A stretch of 61,479 nucleotides of DNA, the filler included. It is 5 parts of 5 records of this genome, joined end to end, with 100 filler letters (N's around TTAATTAATTAA, not from the genome) between each part and the next. Parts side by side here need not be neighbours in the genome. Positions count along the whole stretch, not along the records: positions 10,563 to 34,782 come from DRR723986_10636; 4 more parts are not named here. One strand, given 5' to 3'. Of the stretch, positions 22,079 through 31,935 are shown one piece after another. Within the stretch, counting starts at the first letter, position 1; every line of letters begins with the position of its first letter. The position numbers and the translations under genes are program-made. The notes beneath the pieces were generated by a model, which was not told the origin of the DNA, did no database searches, and saw only the letters and a program-made list of their open reading frames with translations.

Positions 22079-23176
22079 ATGTCAGGTAACACCATCGGTA
22101 AGTTGTTCACCGTCACCACCTTTGGCGAAAGCCACGGCCTTGCCTTGGGCGCAATTATCGATGGCTGCCCGCCGGGGCTGGCAATTTCCGAGAGTGATTT
22201 GCAGCGCGACTTAGACCGCCGCAAGCCCGGCACCTCGCGCTATACCACCCAGCGCCGTGAAAACGATGAAGTGAAAATTCTGTCTGGAGTTTTCGAGGGG
22301 GAGACCACCGGTACCTCTATTGGGCTGTTGATTGAGAACCAGGATCAGCGCTCGAAGGACTACAGCAAGATCAAAGACCGTTTCCGCCCCATGCATGCCG
22401 ACTACAGCTACGAGCAAAAATACGGTCAGCGCGACTATCGCGGCGGTGGCCGTTCGTCGGCGCGCGAAACCGCGATGCGAGTCGCTGCCGGGGCAATCGC
22501 CAAAAAGTACCTGGCGGAGCATCACGGCGTGCAGGTGAGGGGATATTTGTCGCAGCTGGGGCCGATTAAGGCAGATAAGCTCGATTGGGACATTGTTGAA
22601 GAGAATCCTTTCTTTTGCCCGGACGCTGATAAAATTCCCGAAATGGAAACCTATATGCAGGCGCTGCGTAAATCCGGCGACTCTGTAGGGGCCAAAATTT
22701 CGGTGGTGGCCAGCGGAGTGCCAGTAGGCCTGGGCGAGCCAGTTTTCGATCGCTTGGATGCCGATATCGCCCATGCCCTGATGGGGATTAACGCGGTGAA
22801 AGGGGTTGAGATTGGCGCAGGCTTTGACTGCGTAGATGCCCGCGGCAGTGAACACCGAGACGAGCTCACTCCTGAAGGCTTTACCTCAAATAATGCCGGT
22901 GGCGTGCTGGGCGGAATTTCCAGTGGGCAGGATATTGTCGCCCATATGGCGCTGAAGCCGACATCGAGCATTTTGATTCCCGGCCAAACCATTAACCAGC
23001 AGGGCGAGGCTGTGGACGTGATAACCACCGGCCGCCACGACCCCTGTGTGGGCATTCGCGCGGTACCTATCGCCGAGGCAATGCTGGCGATTGTGCTGAT
23101 GGACCACCTGTTGCGTAACCGTGGCCAGAATGCCGATGTTCAGTGCCAAACACCGGTGATTCCGGCGCGCCGCTAG
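22079..23176 (+). CDS. aroC: Chorismate synthase
   Basis: [30 protein letters not shown]. Confidence 0.98.
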   Translation: MSGNTIGKLFTVTTFGESHGLALGAIIDGCPPGLAISESDLQRDLDRRKPGTSRYTTQRRENDEVKILSGVFEGETTGTSIGLLIENQDQRSKDYSKIKDRFRPMHADYSYEQKYGQRDYRGGGRSSARETAMRVAAGAIAKKYLAEHHGVQVRGYLSQLGPIKADKLDWDIVEENPFFCPDADKIPEMETYMQALRKSGDSVGAKISVVASGVPVGLGEPVFDRLDADIAHALMGINAVKGVEIGAGFDCVDARGSEHRDELTPEGFTSNNAGGVLGGISSGQDIVAHMALKPTSSILIPGQTINQQGEAVDVITTGRHDPCVGIRAVPIAEAMLAIVLMDHLLRNRGQNADVQCQTPVIPARR

Positions 23177-23187
23177 GCTAGGCGGCT

Positions 23188-24342
23188 ATGGCGCAGGCAG
23201 TGCCGTATTGGCGGCTTTCCGCCTTTTATTTCTTCTACTTTGCCCTGCTGGGCACGTGGCTGCCGTATTGGTCGCTGTACCTGAAGTCGCTGGGATATTC
23301 CTCTGGCGAGATCGGGATTCTCTCGGCGCTGGTGATGGTCACCAAGGTACTGGCGCCCAACTTATGGGGCTACCTCGCTGACCGCTATGACTGCCGCACG
23401 CGAATTATTCGCCTGGGGGCGCTGCTGGCGGTTATCGCCTTTGGTGGAGTGTACTTCCGGCAGGACTTCTACTGGCTCGCTGCAGTGGTGGTGGGCTACA
23501 GCTTTTTTTGGAATGCGGTGCTCTCGCAGTTCGACGTGCTAACGCTCAGTCATTTGAGCGGTCAGCATGGCCGCTATTCATTGATCCGTTTGTGGGGCTC
23601 GATTGGTTTTATCGCCGCGGTATTGGCGGTGGGTGCCTGGTTGGACCACCACCCCATTGTGCATCTGCTGTACATCATTACCGCATTGTTGTCGGCTATC
23701 TGGCTGGGTAGCTTGCTGGTGGCAGAAAACCCCGAGGGCTTAACGCGGGGTGATCGCAGCCCCGGTTCGCTGATGCGAATATTAAAGCAGCCAGCGGTGA
23801 TTGCCTTCTTTGCCACCAGTTTTCTGCTGCAATTCTCCCACGGGCCGTACTACACCTTTTTCAGTATTCATTTGGAAGCGCAGGGCTATAGCAAGTCGGC
23901 AACGGGGATGTTGTGGTCGCTAGGGGTGTTCGCTGAAGTGTTGCTGTTTATGGGTATGCACCGGCTGCTGGAGCGCTTTAGCCTGCGCCAAATTTTGATC
24001 GCCAGCCTGGCGCTAACGGCGTTGCGCTGGTGGTTAATTGCTGAATTTGTCGAGTCAGTGGTCATTTTGGTGTTTGCCCAGTGTTTGCACGCGGCCAGTT
24101 TTGGCAGTGCTCACGCTGCCGCCGTCGAAACGATACGGCGGTTTTTTACCGCTCACCACGGCCAGGGTATGGCGCTGTACAGTGGCTTGAGCTTTGGCGC
24201 CGGTGGTGCGTTGGGCGCGGTGCTGAGTGGTTACGCCTGGGACATCAGCCCGGCCCAGTGTTTCTGGGTGGCCAGCGGCGCCGCAGCACTGGCGGCGATA
24301 ATTGCCTGGCGCTATTTTGAGACCCCGGACACGCCTCGTTAA
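23188..24342 (+). CDS. MFS transporter (HcaT-like)
   Basis: About twelve hydrophobic helices, IRLWGSIGF, SHGPYYTF. Confidence 0.88.
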   Translation: MAQAVPYWRLSAFYFFYFALLGTWLPYWSLYLKSLGYSSGEIGILSALVMVTKVLAPNLWGYLADRYDCRTRIIRLGALLAVIAFGGVYFRQDFYWLAAVVVGYSFFWNAVLSQFDVLTLSHLSGQHGRYSLIRLWGSIGFIAAVLAVGAWLDHHPIVHLLYIITALLSAIWLGSLLVAENPEGLTRGDRSPGSLMRILKQPAVIAFFATSFLLQFSHGPYYTFFSIHLEAQGYSKSATGMLWSLGVFAEVLLFMGMHRLLERFSLRQILIASLALTALRWWLIAEFVESVVILVFAQCLHAASFGSAHAAAVETIRRFFTAHHGQGMALYSGLSFGAGGALGAVLSGYAWDISPAQCFWVASGAAALAAIIAWRYFETPDTPR

Positions 24343-24404
24343 GTGTGTCGTCGCGTCGGCGTCATTGCAGCGGTAGACTGAAAGAAAAAGTCGGAAGATC
24401 AACT

Positions 24405-24836
24405 ATGGCTCAAGAATCCGTCGTTTACGGCTGCATTACGGATATGTTGTTTGTGCGAGATGGTGTCGATTTGCAGGAACGCCGCGAGGTGAATCAGCAA
24501 ATTACTGATACCTTGCCCTCGGCCGAGGACTGGCCGTTGCTGTGCCGGGAAATGTTTTCCGTGCCACGCCGCGCCGTGGAGTTTGGCGACTGCCAAACCG
24601 ATGTCATTCACTTTGGCAGTTCCTACAAGGCGATAGAGCACGAGTGGGATGCATGGCTGCGTTTATTTGAGAAGATGCTTAGCAAAATGTATTGGGTGTC
24701 GGCGACGGTGCACCTGCAAACGGCCTATAACGGTACACATACCTTTGTATGGCAAGCCGAAGGGGATTACCATGCCCCCGGAGATGACTCCGGTCGCTTG
24801 CGTTGTGAGTGGCTGCGAGAGGACAGTTTTGCTTAA
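24405..24836 (+). CDS. Hypothetical protein
   Basis: 143-aa ORF, protein-like composition, co-oriented with neighbours. Confidence 0.65.
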   Translation: MAQESVVYGCITDMLFVRDGVDLQERREVNQQITDTLPSAEDWPLLCREMFSVPRRAVEFGDCQTDVIHFGSSYKAIEHEWDAWLRLFEKMLSKMYWVSATVHLQTAYNGTHTFVWQAEGDYHAPGDDSGRLRCEWLREDSFA

Positions 24837-24856
24837 GCGAAGAGGGTTTGCCGAAG

Positions 24857-25063
24857 GTGGCTGAGTGGTTTGTACTGTTTAAACGCTACCGTACGCCGGT
24901 GCTGGCGGTGCTGGCAACAGTGATGCTGGTGTGCTCGGCGGTGTGGAGCTTTGATGTACCGTGGCGGGAAGTGCTCGGCTATTTGCTGATGTGCGTGCTC
25001 GGTGTTGTGGTGATCGTCGCGGCGGCGACCGCGACGGTGTTTGTGATGAAAAAATTGCGTTGA
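24857..25063 (+). CDS. Small hypothetical membrane protein
   Basis: Two hydrophobic stretches and a basic tail; start uncertain. Confidence 0.55.
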   Translation: MAEWFVLFKRYRTPVLAVLATVMLVCSAVWSFDVPWREVLGYLLMCVLGVVVIVAAATATVFVMKKLR

Positions 25064-25073
25064 GCGGCCGTTT

Positions 25074-25598
25074 CTAGGCGCGCTCAATATCGATATCGAC
25101 GCTCAGCTGTTCGGCAATCTCTTCTAGGGCGTCGTTCAATTCGTCCAAGTCGCAACCGGCGGGTAAGTCCGCTTTCACGTGGGCGTCGAACAGCGCCTCG
25201 CCACTCATCGGCGCACTGGTGATATTCGAGCTGAGTTCGGTCACATTGATCTGGCGATCTTTCAAGGCGCGGCTCACTTCCCGCACGATTCCCGGCCGGT
25301 CGTTGCCCAAAATATGCAGTTGGCAGCCGTGTTGTTCGGCGCTGCCGTCGCTGGTATTGGCGCTGTCATCAATGGTGACTTGAATGCCATCGGTGCTGAG
25401 CGCGCGCAGGGCGCTGATCAGGGCATCGCGCTGATCGCCTGCCACATTTACGCGGCCGATGCCGGCAAACTGGCCCGCCAATTGTGTCATTCGGCTTTCC
25501 TGCCAACTTCCACCGACACTGGCAATGGCGCTGGAAACCAATTCAACCAACCCGGGTCGGTCCTTGCTGATAAAGGTAAAAACAACAGACGTATTCAA
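25074..25598 (-). CDS. GcvR-like tandem ACT-domain protein
   Basis: DRPGLV and GNDRPGIV ACT motifs, SAPMSGEALF; TTG start inferred. Confidence 0.85.
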   Translation of the reverse strand: MNTSVVFTFISKDRPGLVELVSSAIASVGGSWQESRMTQLAGQFAGIGRVNVAGDQRDALISALRALSTDGIQVTIDDSANTSDGSAEQHGCQLHILGNDRPGIVREVSRALKDRQINVTELSSNITSAPMSGEALFDAHVKADLPAGCDLDELNDALEEIAEQLSVDIDIERA

Positions 25599-25702
25599 TG
25601 GTAAATCCTGTAAGTATAGAGACACGTTATAGCAGTAACGATACGATATCTGCTTGAACATATCATCAGCGATGGCTGCTGAGTAGGCCGGTGGGTTAAG
25701 AA

Positions 25703-26011
25703 ATGCATGTACATGTGGAACTCTGTGTAATACCGCTCAATGTCGGCGAGTCGCTGTCACCGTATATTGCCGAGTGTCAGCGAATTTTTGATGACAGCGG
25801 CCTGACTTACCAACTGCATGCCTTCGGCACCAATGTCGAAGGTGAGTGGGAGGCAGTCATGGCGGCGGTGAAGCTGTGCCATATGCGCATTCACGAGATG
25901 GGGGCGCCGCGTATCCATAGCCAGTTAAAAATTGGCACGCGGGTAGACAGAGAGCAGAGTCTACAAGATAAAATTGATAGTGTTGCCGGCTTTCAGGGCA
26001 GTGAGTGCTGA
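25703..26011 (+). CDS. MTH1187-family thiamine-binding protein
   Basis: SLSPYIAEC, LHAFGTNVEGEW, KIGTRVD. Confidence 0.88.
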   Translation: MHVHVELCVIPLNVGESLSPYIAECQRIFDDSGLTYQLHAFGTNVEGEWEAVMAAVKLCHMRIHEMGAPRIHSQLKIGTRVDREQSLQDKIDSVAGFQGSEC

Positions 26012-26031
26012 GCAGACTTAATGAGGTTGGA

Positions 26032-26253
26032 ATGGCAGATTATTTGGAAATTCCCTGGCAGAAACTGAGCGAGGATGCCTTTCAGGGCATGCTGGAGGAG
26101 CTGGTTAGCCGCGACGGCACTGACTATGGCGAGCGCGAGCTGAGCCAGGAAGAAAAAATCGCCCAACTGCGGGCGGCATTAAAAAGTGGCCAGGCGTTTA
26201 TCGCCTTCTGCGCCGAGACCGAGAGCTGGTCTATTTTGCCGCGCCGCCCCTAA
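26032..26253 (+). CDS. YheU-family protein
   Basis: IPWQKLS...EELVSRDGTDYGE. Confidence 0.85.
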   Translation: MADYLEIPWQKLSEDAFQGMLEELVSRDGTDYGERELSQEEKIAQLRAALKSGQAFIAFCAETESWSILPRRP

Positions 26254-26327
26254 GCCGCGTGTTGATTTTTAGGGCCATGCCGCCACAATACCTCGCCCGT
26301 TTGCCCGCATACAGAGTTGAGTAAGTC

Positions 26328-26570
26328 ATGACGAAGGTCGATCACAATCTGGATACCAGTGGTTTAACCTGCCCCGAGCCGGTAATGATGCTGCACAATA
26401 AAATTCGTGATATTGCGGCTGGTGAGGTGCTGGAAATTCTGGCAACAGATCCTGCCACGACCCGCGATATTCCAAAATTCTGCGCCTTTCTAGGCCACGA
26501 GCTTATCGACCAGCAACAGGAAGGCGAGCACTACCGCTATTGGGTGCGCAAAGCTCCTCCTAGTGCTTGA
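26328..26570 (+). CDS. tusA: Sulfur carrier TusA
   Basis: [33 protein letters not shown]. Confidence 0.95.
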   Translation: MTKVDHNLDTSGLTCPEPVMMLHNKIRDIAAGEVLEILATDPATTRDIPKFCAFLGHELIDQQQEGEHYRYWVRKAPPSA

Positions 26571-27240
26571 TCAGGCTGTGTAACGCGCGCGCCGTCATTT
26601 CGCCGCCGCGTTTTATTTGGTTGGCGATATGGTATTGGAAGTAGTAGCGCAGGCCTTCGGCTTCGGTTGCCGGGTACAGGCAGGGGTCGCCGGGCAGCAC
26701 CGGGTGTTGGGTGATTTTTTCAGGGTCAGCGATCATCGCCTGCAGGCGACCGCCAGCGAGCAACTGCCAACTCACTACCGGCTCTAATTGGAATTCGTGG
26801 CCGTCGTTCAGCAGAGCGGCATGACTGCCTATCAGGTCGGGAATTTCTTGAATCACGCTATTATCGCTAGACGCCTGTTTGGGGCACAGGCTGTCCAGTA
26901 TGGCGCTGTGGTGGGCGGGCATCACATCAAAGCGCTGCTCTGCAATAGGGTCAAAGTAACCCTGAGATAAACCCGTTTGGGCATCGTTGAGCTCGCTGCA
27001 GCGAGCAACACCGTCGAGCCAGGGCACCAAGGCCACGTCGTCGCCGTTATCGAGCCGTGCCCAGCATAAGATGCGCAGGGCATAGAGTTTGTCTGTGGAC
27101 AGTGCGTGATGAGCGTATAACAGGCAATAGCCTTGAAATTCCGGTGATACCGCGACGATGCTCGGCTCGGTGCGGGCGGCGTTGGTAGGGAAGGGCAAGA
27201 TCTGCGCCGAGGGGGTATTGCCTAGGTTACGTGTAGCCAT
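26560..27240 (-). CDS. Hypothetical protein
   Basis: 226-aa ORF with GAGG RBS; stop overlaps the tusA end. Confidence 0.75.
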   Translation of the reverse strand: MATRNLGNTPSAQILPFPTNAARTEPSIVAVSPEFQGYCLLYAHHALSTDKLYALRILCWARLDNGDDVALVPWLDGVARCSELNDAQTGLSQGYFDPIAEQRFDVMPAHHSAILDSLCPKQASSDNSVIQEIPDLIGSHAALLNDGHEFQLEPVVSWQLLAGGRLQAMIADPEKITQHPVLPGDPCLYPATEAEGLRYYFQYHIANQIKRGGEMTARALHSLIKH

Positions 27241-27363
27241 GATGCATCCTCACGTAGCGGGGGCGATCACTTAGCGGCTGACGCGCCAAGCGCGGTGCTA
27301 TCCCTTTCTGATAAAATTACCTGTAGTTTCCCCTTTTGCCAAGTTTTTCTGGATAGTCTTGCA

Positions 27364-27864
27364 GTGAGCAGTTGTTACTACTTCGCCTATGGCTCAAATA
27401 TGAACCCGGCTCGAATGCGTGCCAGGGGCCTTGATTTCCTTACCGCTGAGGCGGCGCGCCTGACGAATTTTGTGCTGTGTTTTAACAAGGAAGCGCACAA
27501 TAACCCCGGTGTTGCCTACGCCAATGTGGTGCCTGCCCACGACCAACACGTTGAGGGGGTGCTTTACCGTTTACGGGGCCAGGACGATATTGCCCTGATG
27601 GATGATCACTACGAGGGGACGCCTGTGCGGTATAGCCGCGAGGTGCTACGCGTGCAGACCATCGAGACAACGCAAAACGCATGGGTGTATATGGCGAATC
27701 CGGCTTACATCACTCGCGGCTTGCTGCCGCAGAGCCGCTATATTCAACACCTGCTTGCCGGCGCTGAGTTTTTGAGCGAAGGCTACCTGGAGTGGCTACA
27801 GCACCAGCCTTGCCATCAAGTAGAGGACGGCTGCCCGCAGCGCGGCTTGCAATATAATGACTGA
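27364..27864 (+). CDS. Gamma-glutamylcyclotransferase-family protein
   Basis: YYFAYGSNM, VEGVLY, YEG; GTG start inferred. Confidence 0.85.
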   Translation: MSSCYYFAYGSNMNPARMRARGLDFLTAEAARLTNFVLCFNKEAHNNPGVAYANVVPAHDQHVEGVLYRLRGQDDIALMDDHYEGTPVRYSREVLRVQTIETTQNAWVYMANPAYITRGLLPQSRYIQHLLAGAEFLSEGYLEWLQHQPCHQVEDGCPQRGLQYND

Positions 27865-28453
27865 GCGGGCCATACACGCGGCTGCCGTTGCACCCGCAGT
27901 TGCACTCGCAGTTGCACCCGCAGCAGATCAGCGTATCGCCGAGGTGTTTGCCAGGTGCTTTGCTCGCGGCGAAAACTGCCTGCTGTGCGGCGGCGCGGAT
28001 GAGCCCCTATACCAGCCGGCAAGCGGGGAGCAGGCCAATACGATTTTTTACCGCGACGACTTTGCTCGCAGCGCCCTTCATGAAGTTGCGCACTGGTGCA
28101 TTGCCGGCGAGCAGCGCCGAAAACTGTTGGACTATGGTTATTGGTATGAGCCCGATGGCCGCAGCGCTGAGCAGCAACAGCAGTTTGAGTTAGTAGAGCG
28201 CAAACCCCAAGCGTTAGAGTGGTTCTTTTGCTTGGCCTCTGGCCTGCCTTTTGCGTTGAGTATTGATAATTTAGATGCCGCGCCGGGTGACAATTTTTCC
28301 TTTGCCCTGGCGGTGTGGCAGCAAGCGCGTAGGTATTTGCGCGAGGGTTTGCCCGGTCGAGCGGCAAGCTTTCAGCAGGCGCTAGCCATTGAGTTTGGCG
28401 GGGTCGGGGCGCCGTCTGAGCGCGATCTATCTTTGGCGGCACTGTGGCGATGA
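27857..28453 (+). CDS. epmC: Elongation factor P hydroxylase
   Basis: EPLYQPA, SALHEVAHWCIAG, DYGYWYEPDGR, VERKPQALEW. Confidence 0.92.
   Translation: MTERAIHAAAVAPAVALAVAPAADQRIAEVFARCFARGENCLLCGGADEPLYQPASGEQANTIFYRDDFARSALHEVAHWCIAGEQRRKLLDYGYWYEPDGRSAEQQQQFELVERKPQALEWFFCLASGLPFALSIDNLDAAPGDNFSFALAVWQQARRYLREGLPGRAASFQQALAIEFGGVGAPSERDLSLAALWR
27887..27922 (+). repeat. 12-bp tandem repeat x3 in the epmC 5' end
   Basis: GTTGCACCCGCA GTTGCACTCGCA GTTGCACCCGCA (VAPA-VALA-VAPA). Confidence 0.9.
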
Positions 28454-29349
28454 CACCGCGCCTCTACTGCCTGGATGCATCGATCTACATCTTTCGCGCC
28501 TACTTCTCTCAACCAGCGCAATTTTATAGCGAGCAGGGTTACTCGCTGCATGCGGTGCAGGGCTATTTGACGTGTTTGCTGCGATTTTTGCATACCGAGC
28601 AGCCGAGTCAGGTGCTGGTGGCCTTTGATGAAAGCCTGGGGCAGGGCTTTCGTGAGGCCTTGTATAGTAGTTATAAGTCGCAGCGGGCACTGCCGGACGA
28701 CGAGCTGGCGTTTCAACTGCGCTGTTGTCGCGCCGTTTCGGAGGCGCTGGGTCTTGCCTGCTGTGCTGATGAGCAATTCGAGGCGGATGACCTGCTAGCG
28801 ACTGCGGCGAGTGCCGCGCAGCAGCGGGGCGACGCGGTAACGGTGTTAAGTCGCGATAAAGACCTGGCCCAAATTCTTCGCAGCGATGCTGATCGCCTGC
28901 AGGATATTGGTCGCGATGCGCAGACTCGCCTAGCATGGCAAGCGGAAAAAGGCGTGAATTGCGAGGCCTTAGCCGATTATCTGGCGGTGGCGGGCGATCG
29001 TGTCGATGGTATTCCCGGTTTGCCAGGGGTGGGGGAGGGAACCGCGAAGGTGATATTCCGGCATTTCAGCTCACTCGAGGCGATTTTTAACAACCTGGAT
29101 GCGCTGGCCAGCTTGCCCGTGCGTGGTGCCAAAGGCCTTGCTCAGCGATTTTCGCAACATCGGGACGCGCTGTTTCTCTACCGTCAGCTCACGCGGCTGC
29201 GCCGCGATGTGCCACTGGACGAGCGCTGTCTGCAGGGGCTGCGTCATCCGGCAGAGGTATCCGCAATTGGCGCGGCCAGCGGCGGTTTGCCCGAGGCGCT
29301 TATAGAACGTTTACTGGCGCGGTATTCACGCGCTTTAATTTGGGGATAG
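28450..29349 (+). CDS. Stand-alone 5'-3' exonuclease/flap endonuclease (Xni-like)
   Basis: LDASIYIFRAY, YKSQR, FEADDL, SRDKDL, GDRVDGIPGLPGVG; no polymerase domain. Confidence 0.88.
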   Translation: MTPRLYCLDASIYIFRAYFSQPAQFYSEQGYSLHAVQGYLTCLLRFLHTEQPSQVLVAFDESLGQGFREALYSSYKSQRALPDDELAFQLRCCRAVSEALGLACCADEQFEADDLLATAASAAQQRGDAVTVLSRDKDLAQILRSDADRLQDIGRDAQTRLAWQAEKGVNCEALADYLAVAGDRVDGIPGLPGVGEGTAKVIFRHFSSLEAIFNNLDALASLPVRGAKGLAQRFSQHRDALFLYRQLTRLRRDVPLDERCLQGLRHPAEVSAIGAASGGLPEALIERLLARYSRALIWG

Positions 29350-29351
29350 TT

Positions 29352-30494
29352 GTGCTGCCACTCAAGATATTGGTCGACGAGAATGTGCCTTACGCTGACG
29401 CCATGTTCGCGCCCTTTGGCGAGATTCACCGTTTTGCAGGGCGCACGCTCTCTGCGGCGGAGCTCGGAGACGCCCAAGCGTTGATTGTGCGGTCAGTCAC
29501 CAGGGTTGACCGCGCTTTGCTTGCCGGCAGTCAAATTAAGTTTGTTGGCTCCTGCACCATTGGCGCAGATCACCTGGATATGGACTATCTGGCGCGTAGC
29601 GGCATTGCCGCTTATACCGCCCCCGGTTGCAATGCCAATTCGGTGGCGGACTATGTCATCAGCGTTATTTGTGCCTGCGGTGATCGCCTGGAGGTATTGC
29701 GACACGGCGGACGAGTCGGCCTTGTTGGGTTTGGGAATGTGGGGCGAACGGTTGCTGAGCGTTTGGCGCGCCTGAGCATCGATAGCGTGGCTTACGACCC
29801 CCTGCTGGTCCAAGACAGCGATCTACGCCTGAGTACACTCGACGAGGTATTGCGGTGCGAGGTGATGAGCGTGCACGCGCCACTGACTACCGGCGGTAAC
29901 TACCCGAGTTATCATATGCTTACGGCAAAGCAGCTGAGCGGTTTGCCGAACGGGGCGTTATTGATCAGCGCTGGTCGCGGCGGAGTGATTGCAACTCACG
30001 ATTTGTTGGCCCTTAAGCAGCAGCGCCCGGATATTCATTTGGCAATGGATGTCTGGGAGGGCGAGCCCAGCGTCGATAAGCGCTTGGCGGATTTATGCTT
30101 GATCGCAACGCCGCATATCGCGGGTTACAGTCTCGACGGTAAAGTGGCTGGTACGCGCATGATTGCCGAGCGCTTAGCAGACTATGTGGCAGATATTGGC
30201 AGTGGGGAACTCGCCTTGCCTGAGGTAGCACTGCCGCGCCCGAGTATTGGTTTGAAGGCCGAGGGTGACAACGCGCTGCTGCGCGAAGCAGTTGCGGCGG
30301 TGTACGACGTTTGCGCCGACGACAAACGATTTCGAGAGAGTCTACTGGCGGAGGACCCCGCCAAGCAATTTGATGCGTTACGCAAACACTACCCGGAGCG
30401 TCGGGAGTTTGCGTTTTGCGATTACCGGGGAGTGGGTAAAGCGCTGAGCGCAGCGCAGCTTAACTTGCTCGCTGCTTTGCAAGGTAGCAAATAA
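29352..30494 (+). CDS. pdxB: 4-phosphoerythronate dehydrogenase
   Basis: KILVDENVP, VRSVT, APGCNA, TPHIAGYSLDGK, FDALRKHYPERRE; start uncertain (29340-29352). Confidence 0.93.
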   Translation: MLPLKILVDENVPYADAMFAPFGEIHRFAGRTLSAAELGDAQALIVRSVTRVDRALLAGSQIKFVGSCTIGADHLDMDYLARSGIAAYTAPGCNANSVADYVISVICACGDRLEVLRHGGRVGLVGFGNVGRTVAERLARLSIDSVAYDPLLVQDSDLRLSTLDEVLRCEVMSVHAPLTTGGNYPSYHMLTAKQLSGLPNGALLISAGRGGVIATHDLLALKQQRPDIHLAMDVWEGEPSVDKRLADLCLIATPHIAGYSLDGKVAGTRMIAERLADYVADIGSGELALPEVALPRPSIGLKAEGDNALLREAVAAVYDVCADDKRFRESLLAEDPAKQFDALRKHYPERREFAFCDYRGVGKALSAAQLNLLAALQGSK

Positions 30495-30660
30495 ATTCGT
30501 CGTCGCTGCCGCTGAGTGCATCGAGGCAGGATTCAACTTTGTGAGCGTCGATGGGGATTTCCCGGCCGTTATCATCGATCAACCACGCGCCGTAGCGTTT
30601 TTCAAAGCGCTCCTGAGCGGCGTGGCTTGGCGAGCTTGCTGTTGGGTTGCGTCTGGACAT
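30460..30660 (-). CDS. Small protein resembling the PA1571 family
   Basis: GAWLIDDNGREIPI motif; lies between pdxB and the ATP-NAD kinase gene. Confidence 0.55.
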   Translation of the reverse strand: MSRRNPTASSPSHAAQERFEKRYGAWLIDDNGREIPIDAHKVESCLDALSGSDDEFICYLAKQRAS

Positions 30661-30797
30661 AGCGAAAATCCTAAACGTTTATTCCAAGGTTAGTTCTACC
30701 AAGGGTAAATGCAAATTATGACCGCTATGCTATGGCGCTGCCGTATTGGCTGTCTCTAAGTATTGGCCGCAGATCGCGGCAGAAGTTGAGGTAATAG

Positions 30798-31931
30798 ATG
30801 TTTAAGCTGGGCTTGATCGTTAACCCCTACGCTGGATTAGGCGGCCCTGAGGGCTTAAAAGGCAGCGATACACTGCCTGACGGGTTGCGCCAGTCGGTGG
30901 CTGAAGAAATCGCGAATAGCCGTTCTCTGCCAAGAGCTGTGCGCTGCTTGGCTGCGCTAGCACCCGTGGCGGACCAGCTTGCGGTGTATGGCTTTGATGG
31001 TGCCATGGCTGAGCAGGCGTGCCGCGAAGCGGGTCTTACCTTTACGTCGGTTGGCCGCGCCGAGGCGCTGAGCTCAGCGGAAGACACGCGCCGCGCCGCC
31101 CAGTGTTTACTAAGCGAACAGGTCGATATTGTGCTGTTTGTTGGCGGCGATGGCACCGCCAGAGATATTTACAGTGCGGTGGGGGAGGGTCTGCCGGTAT
31201 TGGGGCTGCCAGCAGGAGTGAAAATGCATTCGGCGGTCTATGCCGTTAACCCTCAGGCAGCGGCGGCGATATTGCGGGCGCTGATCGATGGTGATTTGGT
31301 GGATATCGGGCTGCAGGAGGTCAGGGATATCGACGAGGCCGCCTTCGCCCAGGGGCGAGTACGTTCACGTCACTACGGCGAACTGATGGTGCCGCGCTTG
31401 GGTGGTTTTCTGCAGCAAGTGAAACAGGGCGGCCGGGAAGTTGAAGAATTGGTAATCGCCGATATCGCAGATGAATTAATGGAAAACTATGATGAGGACT
31501 GCCTTTACATCGTCGGCCCGGGCAGTACCACAACCGGGTTTATGGAGGCACTGGGTCTGCCCTATACCTTGCTCGGTTTTGACCTGGTGCGCGGCGGTGA
31601 ATTGCTGCAGGCCGATGCCAATGCTCAGCAAATTAGTGAGGTGATGGATCATCACCAGGGGCCTATAACCGTGCTGATTACCGCGATAGGTGGCCAAGGG
31701 CATATCTTAGGGCGGGGCAATCAGCAGCTCACTCCTGCGCTTATCCGCCGTATTGGTCGAGACAATTTTCAGGTGCTGGCGAGCAAGGGCAAGCTGAGCG
31801 GATTGGCGGGGCGCCCGCTGCTGGTCGACAGCAACGATGCCGCGCTAGATGCGCAGTGGCAGGGCTTTATTGCGGTAACCACGGGCTATCGCGATCAGGT
31901 GATGTACCGCGTCAGTGCCGGTGAGGCGTAG
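30798..31931 (+). CDS. ATP-NAD kinase-family protein
   Basis: GLIVNPYAGLGG, LKGSD, GGDGTARD, PAGVKMHSAV, GRGNQQL. Confidence 0.88.
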   Translation: MFKLGLIVNPYAGLGGPEGLKGSDTLPDGLRQSVAEEIANSRSLPRAVRCLAALAPVADQLAVYGFDGAMAEQACREAGLTFTSVGRAEALSSAEDTRRAAQCLLSEQVDIVLFVGGDGTARDIYSAVGEGLPVLGLPAGVKMHSAVYAVNPQAAAAILRALIDGDLVDIGLQEVRDIDEAAFAQGRVRSRHYGELMVPRLGGFLQQVKQGGREVEELVIADIADELMENYDEDCLYIVGPGSTTTGFMEALGLPYTLLGFDLVRGGELLQADANAQQISEVMDHHQGPITVLITAIGGQGHILGRGNQQLTPALIRRIGRDNFQVLASKGKLSGLAGRPLLVDSNDAALDAQWQGFIAVTTGYRDQVMYRVSAGEA

Positions 31932-31935
31932 CGTG

